Shown here: one piece after another, positions 23,390 to 36,747 of the stretch | Position numbering within the stretch: the stretch's first letter is position 1 | How the letters are laid out: every line of letters begins with the position of its first letter | Made by a program: the position numbers and the translations under genes | Assembly: GCA_951406725.2 (NCBI GenBank) | Contig: OX597828.1 | Coordinates: forward strand, 59,334,001-59,398,000 | DNA: 64,000 bases | Reading direction: 5' to 3' | Origin: Octopus vulgaris | Lineage: Eukaryota | Notes under the pieces: model-generated | Told to the model about the DNA's origin: nothing | What the model saw: the letters and a program-made list of their open reading frames with translations, nothing else | Database searches by the model: none

Positions 23390-24297
23390 TGCTTAGCAGT
23401 ATTTCACCTGTTTTTACGTTGTGAGTTCAAATTCCGCTGAGGTCGACTTTTGCTTTCCATCCTTTCGGGGTCGACAAATTAAGTACCAGTTGAGCACTGG
23501 GGTGGATGTGACCGACTTACCCACTCCACTTCTCATAAATTTCTAGCGTTGTACCTATTGTAGAAAAGATTATTTTTGTTATGCTTAAGGCGGCGAGTTG
23601 ACAGATTCGTTACTGCCGAGGTCAACTTTATCTTTCATCATTTCGAGGTCGATAAGATAAGTACCAGTTGTACACTGGGGTCGATGTAACTGATTATACC
23701 CTCCCTCAAATGTCAAGGATTGTGCCTATAGTTCAAATTCCGCCGAGGTCGAAGTTGCCTTTCATTCTTACAGCGTCGATAAAATAAGTATCAGTTGAAA
23801 CTGGGATCGATGTAATCGACTTACCCCCCTCCGAAACTGCTAGTCTTGTGCCAAAATGCGAAAACATTATTATTATGTTTCACACATCAAAAGCGGCGAG
23901 TTAACAGAATCGTTACTGGGCAAAATGCTGAGTGGTATTTTGCCCGTCTTTACGTCCTGAATTGAACTTCTGTCGAAGTCGACTTTGCCTTTCATCCTTT
24001 CGGTATCGTTAAAATAAGTGCCAGTTGAGTACTGGAGTCGATGTAATCGATTATGCCCCTTCTCCAAATTTCAGGCGTTGTGCCTACAATAGAAAGGATT
24101 ATGTTTCAGATATCTCACAGTCTGCCGCTACGTTCTGAGTTCAAATTCCACCGAGGTCGACTTTGCCTTTCATCCTTTCGGGGTCGATTAAATAAGTACC
24201 AGTTACGCACTGGGGTGGATGTAATCGACTTAATACCTTTGTCTGTTCTTGTTTGTCTCCTCTGTGTTTAGCCCCTTGTGGGTAGTAAAGAAATAAG
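23390..24297 (+). mobile_element. Tandem cluster of about five SINE family B units
   Basis: Recurrent gaggtcgactttgcctttcatcctttcggggtcga...aagtaccagtt...ggggtcgatgtaatcgac. Confidence 0.8.
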
Positions 24298-24487
24298 AAT
24301 GATGTATCTTGCTATTCAGGATACCTTTTATATATTTGCTTTTTATGTTATATGTTTGTATGGTCAGGTGATTAATTAGTCTGTTTTGAAACCATATAAT
24401 TTCGAGTTCGATTTCATGTCGCAGCACCTGAGGCAGGTGTCTTCTACCCTTATTTGAAATCGTTCAGAATATTGTTTCTGACACCCG

Positions 24488-24568
24488 GTTTATCCCATAA
24501 CCTCACGTTTATCCCATAACCTCACGTTTATCCCATAACCTCACGTTTATCCCATAACCTCACGTTTA
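24488..24568. repeat. Perfect 19-bp minisatellite x4.3 (gtttatcccataacctcac)
   Basis: Direct inspection; no spacers between units. Confidence 0.95.
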
Positions 24569-24996
24569 GTGAGCAAATCTTCATGTAATGCTACGAGCTT
24601 TGGATTTCGAATAAAAACAACCCAGTGTTAATCGTGTGATTATTAATCGTCTCTGCAAAAAAAGAAAGATAAAACAAATTCTGCGAGCTGGCAGAATTGT
24701 TAGCACACCAAGGCAAAATACTTTGTGGCGTTTCGTCCGTCCTTACGTTCTGAGTTCAAACTCCTCCGAGGTCTGCTTTGCTTTTCATTCTTTAGGTGTC
24801 GATAAAATAAGTACCAGTATTGGTGGTAGTTATGGTTTACTAGCCACCTACTTATTAACTTTTAAATCGTGCTTTTTAAATATATTTCGTTTATCATGTG
24901 TTTCCCCTTGAAGACATGCATTGTTTTTTTCTCTTCACTCTCGTCTTTTCAACTATTTGTGTTAATATAATAACATTTAACAAATGTCAGCAACTA

Positions 24997-25408
24997 TGGC
25001 GCAGGAGTGGCTGTGTGGTAAGTAGCTTGTTTACCAGCCACATGGTTCCGGGTTCAGTCCCACTGCGTGGCACCTTGGGCAAGTGTTTTCTACTATAGCC
25101 TCGGGCCGACCAAAGTCTTGTGAGTGGATTTGGTAGACGGAAACTGAAAAGAAGCCCGTCGTATATATGTATATGTATATATGTATGTGTGTGTTTGTGT
25201 GTCTGTGTTTGTCACCCTAGCATTGCTTGACAACCGATGCTGGTGTGTTTATGTCCCTGTCACTTAGCGGTTCGGCAAAAAAGACCGATAGAATAAGTAC
25301 TGGGCTTACAAAAAAAGAATAAGTCCCGGGGTCGAGTTGCTCGATTAAAGGCGGTGCTCCAGCATGGCCGCAGTCAAATGACTGAAACAAGTAAAAGAGT
25401 AAAGAGAG
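24997..25408 (+). mobile_element. SINE family A, full length, with TSD
   Basis: A and B boxes present. TSD agcaacta at 24989-24996 and 25407-25414. Confidence 0.9.
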
Positions 25409-25715
25409 CAACTAGCTTCTTATATTTAATTATTGAAACCTACGGTAGCGACTTTCTGAGATTTAACAGCGATGATTGATAGATTACGGAATCACTAATC
25501 TAATTTGAAATTGTTACACTAAACATCCGAAGTCAAAAGTGGTGTTTTGTAAATTTTGCGCATATAATAAGGATTGGTTTCCTTCGCACCAATTTCCTGC
25601 AGATCACTTTTTTTTTATCGTTTTGTAAATAGAAACAAATGAGATTTGATCGCAATAATTTCCTCCCAATCTTGTAATTAGACCTCACATTCATTCTTCC
25701 AATCAAGTTTGGGTC

Positions 25716-25757
<42 letters not shown>

Positions 25758-25764
25758 TATTATC

Positions 25765-26156
25765 TCTTACTCTTTTACTTGTTTCAGTCAACTGACTGCG
25801 GCCATGCTGGAGCACCGCCTTTTAGTCGAGCAAATCGACCCCGGGACTTATTCTTTGTAAGCCCAGTACTTATTCTATCGGTCTCTTTTGCCGAACCGCT
25901 AAGTGACGGGGACGTAAACACACCAGCATCGGTTGTCAAGCAATGCTAGGGGGTCAAACACAGACACACAAACACATACACACATATATATATATATACA
26001 TATATACGACAGGCTTCCGTCTACCAAATCCACTCACAAGGCATTGGTCGGCCCGGGGCTATAGCAGAAGACACCTGCCCAAGATGCCACGCAGTGGGAC
26101 TGAACCCGGATCCATGTGGTTGGTTAGCAAGCTACTTACCACACAGCCACTCCTGT
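25765..26156 (-). mobile_element. SINE family A, inverted relative to 24997-25408
   Basis: Reverse-complement similarity over its whole length. Confidence 0.88.
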
Positions 26157-29100
26157 ATTATCTATATACATTTGTATACATACATATATAAATATTTACC
26201 TATATTGTTATATTTCGGAATGGTCATTTATTTTTCGTACCAAATATACACACGCACTATATATTCGTTCTTGACGCGTTTATTAGATCAAATAAGAACA
26301 ATAATAAACGAGTGAAGAACGAATATGGAGTACATCTGTTTATTTGGCAACAACAAAGTAATGACCGTCCCGAAATATAACAATATCTGTTTCAACATAC
26401 GATTTCACATCAGGAATCTTGCAAAACAAATTCTGTAGACACAATTTGACTTGAGTCGCAGGTTGAAACAGCTGGCAGGCTTCTGCACAGTTTCCGTCTT
26501 GGTAATTTTACACGAGTAGTATAACTAGATCTAAGTCTATGTAAAACGGCATCTTCTTAAGATGCCTCGCAGTGTGATCGAACACGTAGTTTCATGGTTG
26601 AGAAGCAAACTTCTTAATTCGACCACCCACCACCGATCGAGAATTATATATATATATATATATATGTTTATGTCTGTATACATACATACATACATACATA
26701 CATACATACATACATACATACATACAAGCATACATACATACATACGTGCGTACATAAATACACATAAATTATTTATGGATGGACCGACGAATGTGTTGCT
26801 GGATCAGTGAATCCTATCCTTCATTATGAAATGTCTAGCCACAAGATCTATTTATAACACAAGTTCTTGGGATGAATATAGATTTATCTATATCTTCTGT
26901 TACTTATCGATATGATGTTTATTACTTAAGGTGGCGGCAGTTGAGTTCACTTGCGGCCACCGTGAACATAGAGCTTGCTTTATATTTTCCTATTGGGTTA
27001 ACAACTTCTTGGGGCAGGAAGTATTTATTCTGTCATATACTAGCAGTGACAAACACGACAGTGACTTGCTAGATGAAGGTTGTATTTCATCATTTCCTTA
27101 TTGTAACAGTAGCCAACTAAAAACCTGTGGTATTATTAACATTTGTCATGTTAATTGAATATCCTCGAGTTTGTCTTAATAAAGTTTATCTTATACTAAA
27201 ATGATAACACTGTTTTAACATCAGTTATCACTCGATTGATTATCAGAGTGTCATCTTTCAATAGAGGTATCAAAGAGCGTTTACTAATACCACATACTTT
27301 CCAGAAAACTGCATTGTCAACTGAAATTCTAGATTTCTTTTCGAATCCGTCAATAGCATGTAACACTTTCAGTTCAGTATATAGGCTATTTGGTTCATTC
27401 CTTACGAATGAATTATATTAACCCTTCCAAATTATTTTGAAGGAAACTGCTACTTATTTAATCGACCCTACTTACAAAATACTCAATCAACACTCATGGG
27501 ATTAGAACCAATATATCGAATTAAGAACATGTCGCTGGAATTGGTAATTTCCGGTGTTCTTCACTTGGTACGGAATTGATCATACATGTGTTATGTTTTG
27601 AAGGAAAGGGAACAAAAGTTCAATAATTTTCAATTTACTGATATTTCCAGACATAATGCCGATTTTGGTATTTACTTCTCTTCATTTCATTCTTCACTAG
27701 AGTATTAGAAATAAATAAAACCAGGGTCTGTATTTGTGTTTTATTAGATCTTTGAAATAATTTATCTACCGGTAAAAAACATGAAGGGAAAAATATTCAT
27801 TAGAAAGTAATTCGTCCCCCAATTTAATTCCTTAATTCAACTGGAAGAAAACGGAGATAAAATAGGAAGAAATCAGTCTTTAAACCACGCGTTAGTGAGA
27901 ACACAAACACGCAGTGACTCCCACACACACGCAGTGACACCCCACCACACGCATATACACATATGTACAATGGCATTAATATGTGTAGTGGCTGTTTTAA
28001 AGCTGTTAGTTATTTTCACTTTTTGAAGTTTTACTTCAGATGATTTAAAAAATATAAAAGATAGTTATAAGCTATCTTCTCAATTGAATAGAAAATTATA
28101 TTCTTTTGAAGTAGTTTCAATTATCGCTGCTATATAATAGTTCATAGCATTAACTTGGATTCATAAAGAACCATTATTTCATATCAAATGAAAGAAATTA
28201 AATTTACAATTTCCCATGAAATGCAAGTTAAATGGATTCTTTTAGGATTTAATTCAGTATATAATAGGGGAAAAGTGTTTTAAAATACGAAACAAAGACA
28301 AAATCAATAACCGAAAAATATTTGTAATTTTCTAATGAAAGTAGTAAGATGAAATTTATAATAGACATGTGGGTCAATATAAATCTGTAAAGAAATTGAG
28401 AATATTTTCTACGTGGTAAATAGTAAGCGTGAATATGAAATCAGAAAATAGTCAGATCAATACAGAATCGGCCAGTTTGCTAAAAGGTATGGTTGTTCGT
28501 ATCCTGCTAGCAAGTCTGTATATTAAATTCTACGACCGTTGAAAATGTGAATATTGCTAAAATAGATAAGCGCTAAAAGTAGCAAAGAGTAAGCATTAAC
28601 ACGTGTTTTATTAGTTAACAACCTCCATTTTAACTCTTTCTATGAGATATTACACGAAATGTTCAATGTACAAATAAACAGCATCCTCCAACTAACAGCA
28701 GCAAAAAATAAGACCAACAAAACATCAAAAACAACAATAAACAAAGCAACAACAAAAACAACAGAACATCAAAAACAGCAACAAAAGAAGCAACAACAAC
28801 AACAACAACAACAATAAACATAGTGTGAATCGTCTACTTTTTTTCATATTGCATTTCTTAGAAAGTATTTGTACTGAAAATTGACAAATGAATAATCATT
28901 AGTCGACTATAAGCTGAAAGTGTCTTCTTTCAACAGAGAATCTGTTGTCAATTTAATTTTTGTCAAATAATTTGTAGCAATATAAATTTAAGGTCAACAA
29001 AACTAGTATTCCATCCAGTGACAGAGAAATGTCATTGAATGTACACAGTATAAAGATACGACCTACTAATAGTTTCCTGCTTTGGAGACACGAGTCTAGG

Positions 29101-29736
29101 CAACTTTTTATAACACGTCTTGTGTCTCCAAGCAATATTCGGGCTCTAAGGACAAGGCCTATTCAATTTTCCAAACAGAACTCTAGTATACGTGAAATCA
29201 CGAGAAAAAACGAGAAGGGAGGTGCAAAAAGTGAAAGGGTGGACAAAAACGAAAAACAAAAAGAGAATTAGAATTATGCCCCATTGCACGACAAAGCCAT
29301 AATTAAGATTGTTATAGAATAATTATATTGTATAGATCAAATGATGCATGTATGTACATAAATAAATAAATGCGTCCTTTTAAAGCCTAGCCAGGCTCAT
29401 GGGCCCGCTTTCCCGTTTCCTATGGCGTATGTGTTCCCCAGCTGGACGGGACGCTATATATATATGTTAAGGAATGGAGTAGATAAGTTCCGAGCTATAT
29501 ATGTTTCACAGCGAGTGGGGACCTCAGAAGTGGTAAATATTCAAGCGAGGTGTATATCGCAGGGTGCTCTTCAGGGCAAAAATATCATCTTGAAATTATT
29601 GTACTCCGATAAGAAAAAAATCATCCATAACCTTCCATCTCAATGAACCAGTATTGTTCCTGAAAGTTATGTTTTTATATTTTTACAGTTTACTTGAAGC
29701 TAACTTTCTTCTACACATCGATCTTTGGATCTTACC

Positions 29737-29780
<44 letters not shown>

Positions 29781-29844
29781 AGAATATTTTGCGTAATGAG
29801 ATAAAAAAACAAGTCTGTGTAGATATTAGAACATTTATAGAGAG

Positions 29845-30008
29845 AAGGTCTTACAGCTGTTTCCAGGATATTTATTAATTGTATCCCTCCAACGGAGACG
29901 GTGTGAGATGATGTGAGAGGATGGTTAAGTAATAATTTATTACTTAACCATCCTCTCACATCGTCTCCAATGAAGGGATATAATTAATAAATATCCTGAA
30001 ACAGCTGG
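29845..30008. repeat. Foldback repeat carrying two decayed hammerhead motifs
   Basis: Inner palindrome gatgtgagaggatggttaagtaataa-t-ttattacttaaccatcctctcacatc. The arms read gtct-CC(A/G)..GA-gggata..tatcct-GAAAC-agct-GTA-agac. Confidence 0.65.
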
Positions 30009-30156
30009 ATGAATTCTTATATACACACGCTGACATACGACCAACGTTGAACCCTTTATTCGCAAAATCACCGAATCTGGAACTTAACTATGGTCTGTCT
30101 ATAGTACTTATTCAACATTATCTGACACTTTTGTGTCTCAATGACACCATTACCTC

Positions 30157-30192
<36 letters not shown>

Positions 30193-30887
30193 AGGGTTAA
30201 GCAACAGGTTGCTTAACCATATACCGAAAATTATTAATTATTTACCCTTATATTAGTATATATATATATATACACATACTGATCTTACTTAAAAGGAAAA
30301 TGCGAACCAAGAGTGTTACACATGTTAGTGTTTGTGGAGATTCAGCATACTAGGTTACAGACAGTAAAAATGTTAGATTAATATAATTATGGAAAATCAC
30401 GATCAATCAAATGTTTTACTGCGTTGAATCATAAAATTTAATTAGCCAGAATGTCTAAGTTCTAGTCTGTGCACAAATCTTATGATGTTTACACGATTTC
30501 ATTTATATTATATCCAGACAGCTTTCCTGACCACACTTCCGTAGATGACGTTACTTTCGATAAATAGCTTTGACAGTAAGCAAGCAAACCACGTATAATA
30601 TAGGACGTAATTTTCCATATAATAAAGGTAATTTTTAAGTAAAGTAATCTCAAACTGGAAAGACTCGCTTTGTTGTTTATTTTACATAAGCTCTCGAGGA
30701 TGGTGTTCTTTAGAAATACGTCGACACAAACGAAATAAAAATCATTTTTCAAAATGTAACCTACAGTTGTGGGTGATTTAAACAAACTACTTTGCTCAGC
30801 TCATATCCCAATCCTCTCATGACTCATTCCTCTCTAGGTTTTCACTGTTGTTTCATTTTCATTCAATACTGGATGTTGAAGCTTTTA

Positions 30888-30915
30888 CCTTTCAATTTTC
30901 TTTCTTTCTTTCTTC

Positions 30916-30954
<39 letters not shown>

Positions 30955-31089
30955 AATTTCTTTTTTCTTTCCTTCTTTCTTTCTTCCTTCCTTCCTTCCT
31001 TCCTCTCTTCCTTCCTTCCTTCCTTCCTTCCTTCCTCCCTCTCTTTCTTCCTTCCTTCCTCCCTCTCTTTCTTCCTTCCTTCCTTCCTC

Positions 31090-31121
<32 letters not shown>

Positions 31122-31137
31122 ATTTCTTCCTTCCTTC

Positions 31138-31186
<49 letters not shown>

Positions 31187-31215
31187 TTTCTTCTTTCTTC
31201 CTTTCTCTCTTCTTT

Positions 31216-31249
<34 letters not shown>

Positions 31250-31445
31250 TTCCTTCCTTCTTCCTTTCTCTCTTCCTTTTTTCTTTCTTTCTTTTTTTCT
31301 TTCTTCCTTGCTTGCTTGCTTGCTTGCTTCCTTCCTCTCTTCCGTTCTTCCTTCCTACCTTCCTTCCTTCCTCTCTTTCTTCCTTCCTTCCTTCCTTCCT
31401 CTCTTTCTTCCTTCTTTCCTTCCTTCCTTCCTTCCTTCCTTCCTC

Positions 31446-31478
<33 letters not shown>

Positions 31479-31597
31479 TTTCTTCCTTCCTTCCTTCTTC
31501 CCTTCTTTCTTTCTTTCTTTCTTTCTTTCCTTCTTTCTTTCTTCTTTCTTTCCTTCTTTCTTTCTTCCTTTCTTCCTTCCTTCCTTCTTCCTTTCTC

Positions 31598-31652
<55 letters not shown>

Positions 31653-31672
31653 ATCTTTCTTTCTTTCTTTCT
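30888..31672. repeat. ~780-bp (CTTT/CCTT)n polypyrimidine tract
   Basis: Direct inspection. Confidence 0.95.
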
Positions 31673-32739
31673 GGGTGGGAGAAAGGATACTAGGAGTTTT
31701 TTCTTTTACTTTCCCATGATTATTACACATTTTTACTTGATAATGAAGTCATTTTACTATGCTTCATTTCACGTTTGGGAAAGGCATAAACGTCACAACT
31801 ACCATAACTCAAACTTCCAAAAATATGGAGCTTTGTTACTATAGGGAGTGAGGGTGTCTGATCTAGAGAGACAATAAAATATATCTCGCAGGTGAACAGA
31901 AAGTCTAGATTATGCAAAGAACTCGATTGTATCGCGTATTTCTGAGACTGAAAGATACATCTCACTCAAGGATAGAGACATGGTCAATCAAAATCATTTA
32001 CTTATGATCTGGCATTGACTGAATTTCTTCTTTAAAACTTTCAAAATTATCTATGACTTTCAGGTATTTTAAGATCAGACATTTTGATGTCTTTCTCATG
32101 TGTTGCCATGTGAGTATATGTATGCTGACACCCCACTCTGCACGCATATGCATGTGTACGTGTATGTACATATACATGTATATATGTATATATGTATATA
32201 TGTATATGTATATACAAGTAATAAGAGAGAGACCACATGTGGTCACTCTAACGCTAGATATAGATCCGCAAAGGGAATCCACCACTAAAGAATTGTTCTC
32301 AAAAATTAATTCAACACACCAATAATGTAAGCGGACAGGACACATGAAAAATAACGAAAAAATAGATTAACTCTATACAATTGTTTCATCGTTAATAGAT
32401 TGTGTAATTTTACTTACATAATTATTTTCGAATCCTCAGTAGAGTATATCAAAAATATAATTTGCTGAACCGAACGCCAAAATCCATACGAAGCCGAGCA
32501 AAGGCGAACGGCACAGCCGATTATATTTGCAGTTACGTTCAAATAACCTCACTCCTGGCGCGTTGAAAATACCGGATGTAAATACTACCCCAGTAATTTA
32601 CTGCCGGTTTGAGAACATATTAATTTATAATTAATAATTTTTACTGTATCCCAGTTTTTTTACGCTAGGCCACTTGGTGTTTTGAATTGATGTTATTAAT
32701 CAATATTCAATTTTTTTCACCCTTATTGTGATTTTAATG

Positions 32740-32816
<77 letters not shown>

Positions 32817-32882
32817 AGAGTTTACGAAAAAAACAAAAGACGAAGACAGGTGGTGTACAAAACGCTCAGGAATAGAAAAAGT

Positions 32883-32919
32883 CTTTTACGTTTCGAGCCT
32901 AGGCTCTTCTACAAAAAGG
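32883..32919 (-). ncRNA. Variant minimal hammerhead motif in a short repeat (sister copy at 48668-48703,+)
   Basis: Minus strand: cttt-TTGTAGA-a-gagc(ctag)gctc-GAAAC-GTA-aaag. Confidence 0.45.
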
Positions 32920-33622
32920 GACACAGGAAAAACCAAGGAGAGAAACAAGAAGAGAAAAAAGGAGGGAAAGAAAGATGTGGATATACGCGTACATACATAT
33001 ACATATATATGTACTTATTTATATACATACATATATACATACATACATACACATATTTGTGTGTGTATGTGTATGTGTATTAAATTAATAATAAGGAGAA
33101 CAGATTTATATATCCAGTTTCTCATTATTAATTTATTATTTCTTCTCTTCTGACAACATGCTGGTTAGCCAGCACTATTAAACGGTAAAAGGGAATACGG
33201 TATCTGCTAGGATTGTATATCCCTACCAATCTAATTTGGAATCTTACCTTTAATAACATTCTTTCATTTCCCACTTCTGGTCATTTTAGAAATGTAACCT
33301 CATGTGAACTGTTGACGATTTTTCCTTATTTTTCCTTCTTTCTCTTTGGACTTTCATGTTTCCGACGAAGAGCTATGCTGGAAATGTTAACAACAACTCC
33401 TCCCCTTCACTGAACGTCAAGTTAATATATTTCTTGTGCACGTCCTCATGTTCGTATTTTTTTTGCTTTTTTTGTTTTTTAATTGTTTATTTGTTTGAAT
33501 TGACTGTATCTACATACATACATACATACATACATACATACATACATACATACATACATGCATGCATGCATGCATGCATGCATACATGCATACATACATA
33601 CATACATACACACATACATACA

Positions 33623-33656
<34 letters not shown>

Positions 33657-33680
33657 CATACATATATATATATATAAATA

Positions 33681-33908
33681 TAAATGATCAGAAAATGGAG
33701 AAAACTTTTGATCAACAAACAAACAAATTGAGCAAGATCGCTTGATTATTTTGTAATACAAAGCATGACATTACATTTCTTACAGCCGTGGGAAGCGGAA
33801 ACGGCCGTAAGAAATGTTATGTCCTGTTTTGTATTAAAAAATAATTAACTGATGTTGGTCAATTTGTTTGTTTTTTGATCAAAACTTTTCCCATTTTCTG
33901 ATTATTTA
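33681..33908. repeat. Diverged ~110-bp-arm inverted repeat with a hammerhead 3' half (GAAAC-ggcc-GTA) at the apex
   Basis: Arms 33681-33789 and 33801-33908. Confidence 0.7.
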
Positions 33909-34020
33909 AATTTGATTCCTGATAAACTTTTGTTTATCCCTTTGTTACCCGTCCCCTGTGAGCTTAGTAAGAACAGATACCATTATCCCCTAGATGGTTA
34001 TTACAACCGCTAACTCTGCT

Positions 34021-34061
<41 letters not shown>

Positions 34062-34151
34062 ATCCAAACAAGAACACAAAAAAACAACAACGCGAGGACG
34101 TGGAACAAATAAAGTATTATTGGACGCTCAGGAAAGAAGGAAAGAAGGAGG

Positions 34152-34186
34152 GTTTAACGTTTCGAGCGGAGCTCTTCATCGGAAAC
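34152..34186 (-). ncRNA. Variant minimal hammerhead motif (decayed sister copy at 33358-33391,+)
   Basis: Minus strand: gttt-CCGATGA-a-gagc(tcc)gctc-GAAAC-GTT-aaac. Confidence 0.6.
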
Positions 34187-34254
34187 ATAGGAGAAGGAAA
34201 GATCCCGAGAAGGGAAGACAGAGGAAAAAAAAATCGCCGGTGGTACTCAAGAGG

Positions 34255-34333
<79 letters not shown>

Positions 34334-34566
34334 CACTTTCCTGAATATGTATTTGGGCTGAAAGAGAGCTATAAACTTAAGCTGATCAAAATCTAAGCTG
34401 ATCAAAATTGGAAAAAGGATCCCAACCTAAATAACAGTATGATTTTTCTTGTGCATGATCGACACTTTGTTAGAATAGAAAACTTTTTTATTATAAAAGA
34501 ACCTCTTACTTCAGTATAATTAGAAACAATATTTTCTGAAAATGCTAATCAACATATACCCTTATT

Positions 34567-35147
34567 CTTTTCTACTCTAGGCATAAGTCCCGAATTCTTT
34601 GGTGAGGAGGCCAGTCGATTAGATCGACCCTAGTACGCAAATGGTACTTAATTAATCGACTCCGAAAGAATGAAAAGCAAAGTCGACCTCGAAGTAATTT
34701 GAACTCAGAATGTATAGACAGATGAAATACCTATTTCTTTACTACCTACAAGGGGCTAAACACAGAGAGGACAAACAAGGACAGACAAACGGATTAAGTC
34801 GATTATATCGACCCCAGTGCGTAACCGTTACTTATTTATCGACCCCGAAAGGATGAAAGGCGAAGTCGACCTCGGCGGAATTTGAACTCAGAACGTAACG
34901 GCAGAAGAAATACCTATTTCTTTAATACCCACAATGGACTAAACACAGAGGGGACAAACAAGGACAGACAAACGGATTAAGTCGATTACATCGACCTCAG
35001 TGCGTAACAGGTACTTAATTTATCGACCCCGAAAGGATGAATGGCAAAGTCGACCTCGGCGGAATTTGAACTTAGAACGTAACGGCAGACGAAATACAGC
35101 TACGCATTTCGCCTGGCGTGATAACGTTTCCGCCAGCTCACCGCCTT
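34567..35147 (-). mobile_element. Trimeric SINE family B unit with 16-bp TSD
   Basis: Three head-to-tail ~180-bp modules with a single head at ~35100-35147. aacatatacccttatt occurs at 34551-34566 and 35148-35163. Confidence 0.88.
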
Positions 35148-35704
35148 AACATATACCCTTATTGAAAGAACATAAGCGATAAAAGCACGCAAACTATGAG
35201 TTACGTCTTTCCTCATAGAAATACCGCAAGTGCCATGACTCCGTATATCGCTTATCACATGGCTTTAAAAAGCATTCCTAAAACACGTTGAATTAAGCAC
35301 CAGCGGAAACCTGCTGTGGTCAGTGAAATAGGATTTTTCTTCTAATGCAAAACCGCTTTTGGCTGCAACATCCACAAAACTTTATTCAGAGAATTTTGTT
35401 TTTTATACGAAGATCGTTCTTTTTATACGAAAACCTTTAATATGTGATTCTCTCTGTCTCTCTTTCACTCTCTCTCTTCTCTCTTTCACTCTCTCTCTTC
35501 TCTCTCCCTCACTCTTTCTTTTGTGATGTTTCTGTAGACCTTCTTTTGTGAAAACATACACTAATGGTTTTCCAGCAAAACTATTATATGAAATCATTTA
35601 TGTGCAAACAGATTTTTGTATTACTACTTCCATATACATAAGTATTTGGAAAAAAATATTTACTTTCTATGTTAAAAAAATATACCTAGCTTTATTCAAA
35701 CAAA

Positions 35705-35786
<82 letters not shown>

Positions 35787-35792
35787 AGTGCC

Positions 35793-35857
<65 letters not shown>

Positions 35858-36747
35858 GTGTATTTGTGTGTGTGTGCATATATGTATCTGTGTGTTTGTG
35901 TGTCTATCATACTATCTATCTATCAACAGATGCACACACACACACGCTCATATATGCATATATTTATGAGTGCGGTGGGCGGACAAGACATCCTCGTAGT
36001 TCAAAATGGATGTCTTAATTAGTCTAAATGAACAGATCGTACGACCAAAGTCTCTGCGAAGGAAAGACGAGGGGGGGGGTTAAACCCGAATATATCCATA
36101 CGAAGAAGATGCGTATATATTAAAATGCTGCCATATTGTAATGTCGCATAGGTTGCGACTGGTCAGTCAGAATAATAAATCAAGATCTTATAACACTCTT
36201 GCATGTATATAAGTATGCGCGCACACACAAAGACACACCAAGGCTTGCTGAGTTATTACAAGCTTTTAGGTTTATAAAAGAAAGTAGGTTTTATATTTCT
36301 CAAGATCTTTATCTCCATAGTAAAGATATTTAGACAACAAAGTATTCAAGAAAACTATTTTCGCCCTCCACCGACCGTTGTCATACACGTACAATTAATA
36401 TTTTCCTTCTAAGATAGAGACGTTTTCGATGCAAGGAGAATTTCGAGACATAATCGGAGCTCATTTTTTTTTCTTTCGCTTTTAAGCAATTTGTTTCAGA
36501 TTAAGCAAATAATCTTCGATAATCTTCTCTGAAGATTGTATCTGATTCTAAAATATAATTACGCGTAATCTCTTGGAAATTTTTTGCCACTGTAGGTTCA
36601 TAATTATTATATTTTCATTTCTGCTATTCTGTCTCTATTTTCTGTCATAGCTTCATTTCGAACGCGCGCACTCATAATGATACACACACACACACAAATA
36701 TACAAACATACACGCACACACATGTACGCGCATATACTCACACACGT

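Noticed and set aside
24488-24568. CRISPR-like array
   Set aside because: Contiguous repeats without spacers, no cas genes, eukaryotic context.
30848-31844. Overlapping 135-281-aa F/L/S/P or K/E/R ORFs
   Set aside because: Translations of the (CTTT/CCTT)n microsatellite on both strands.
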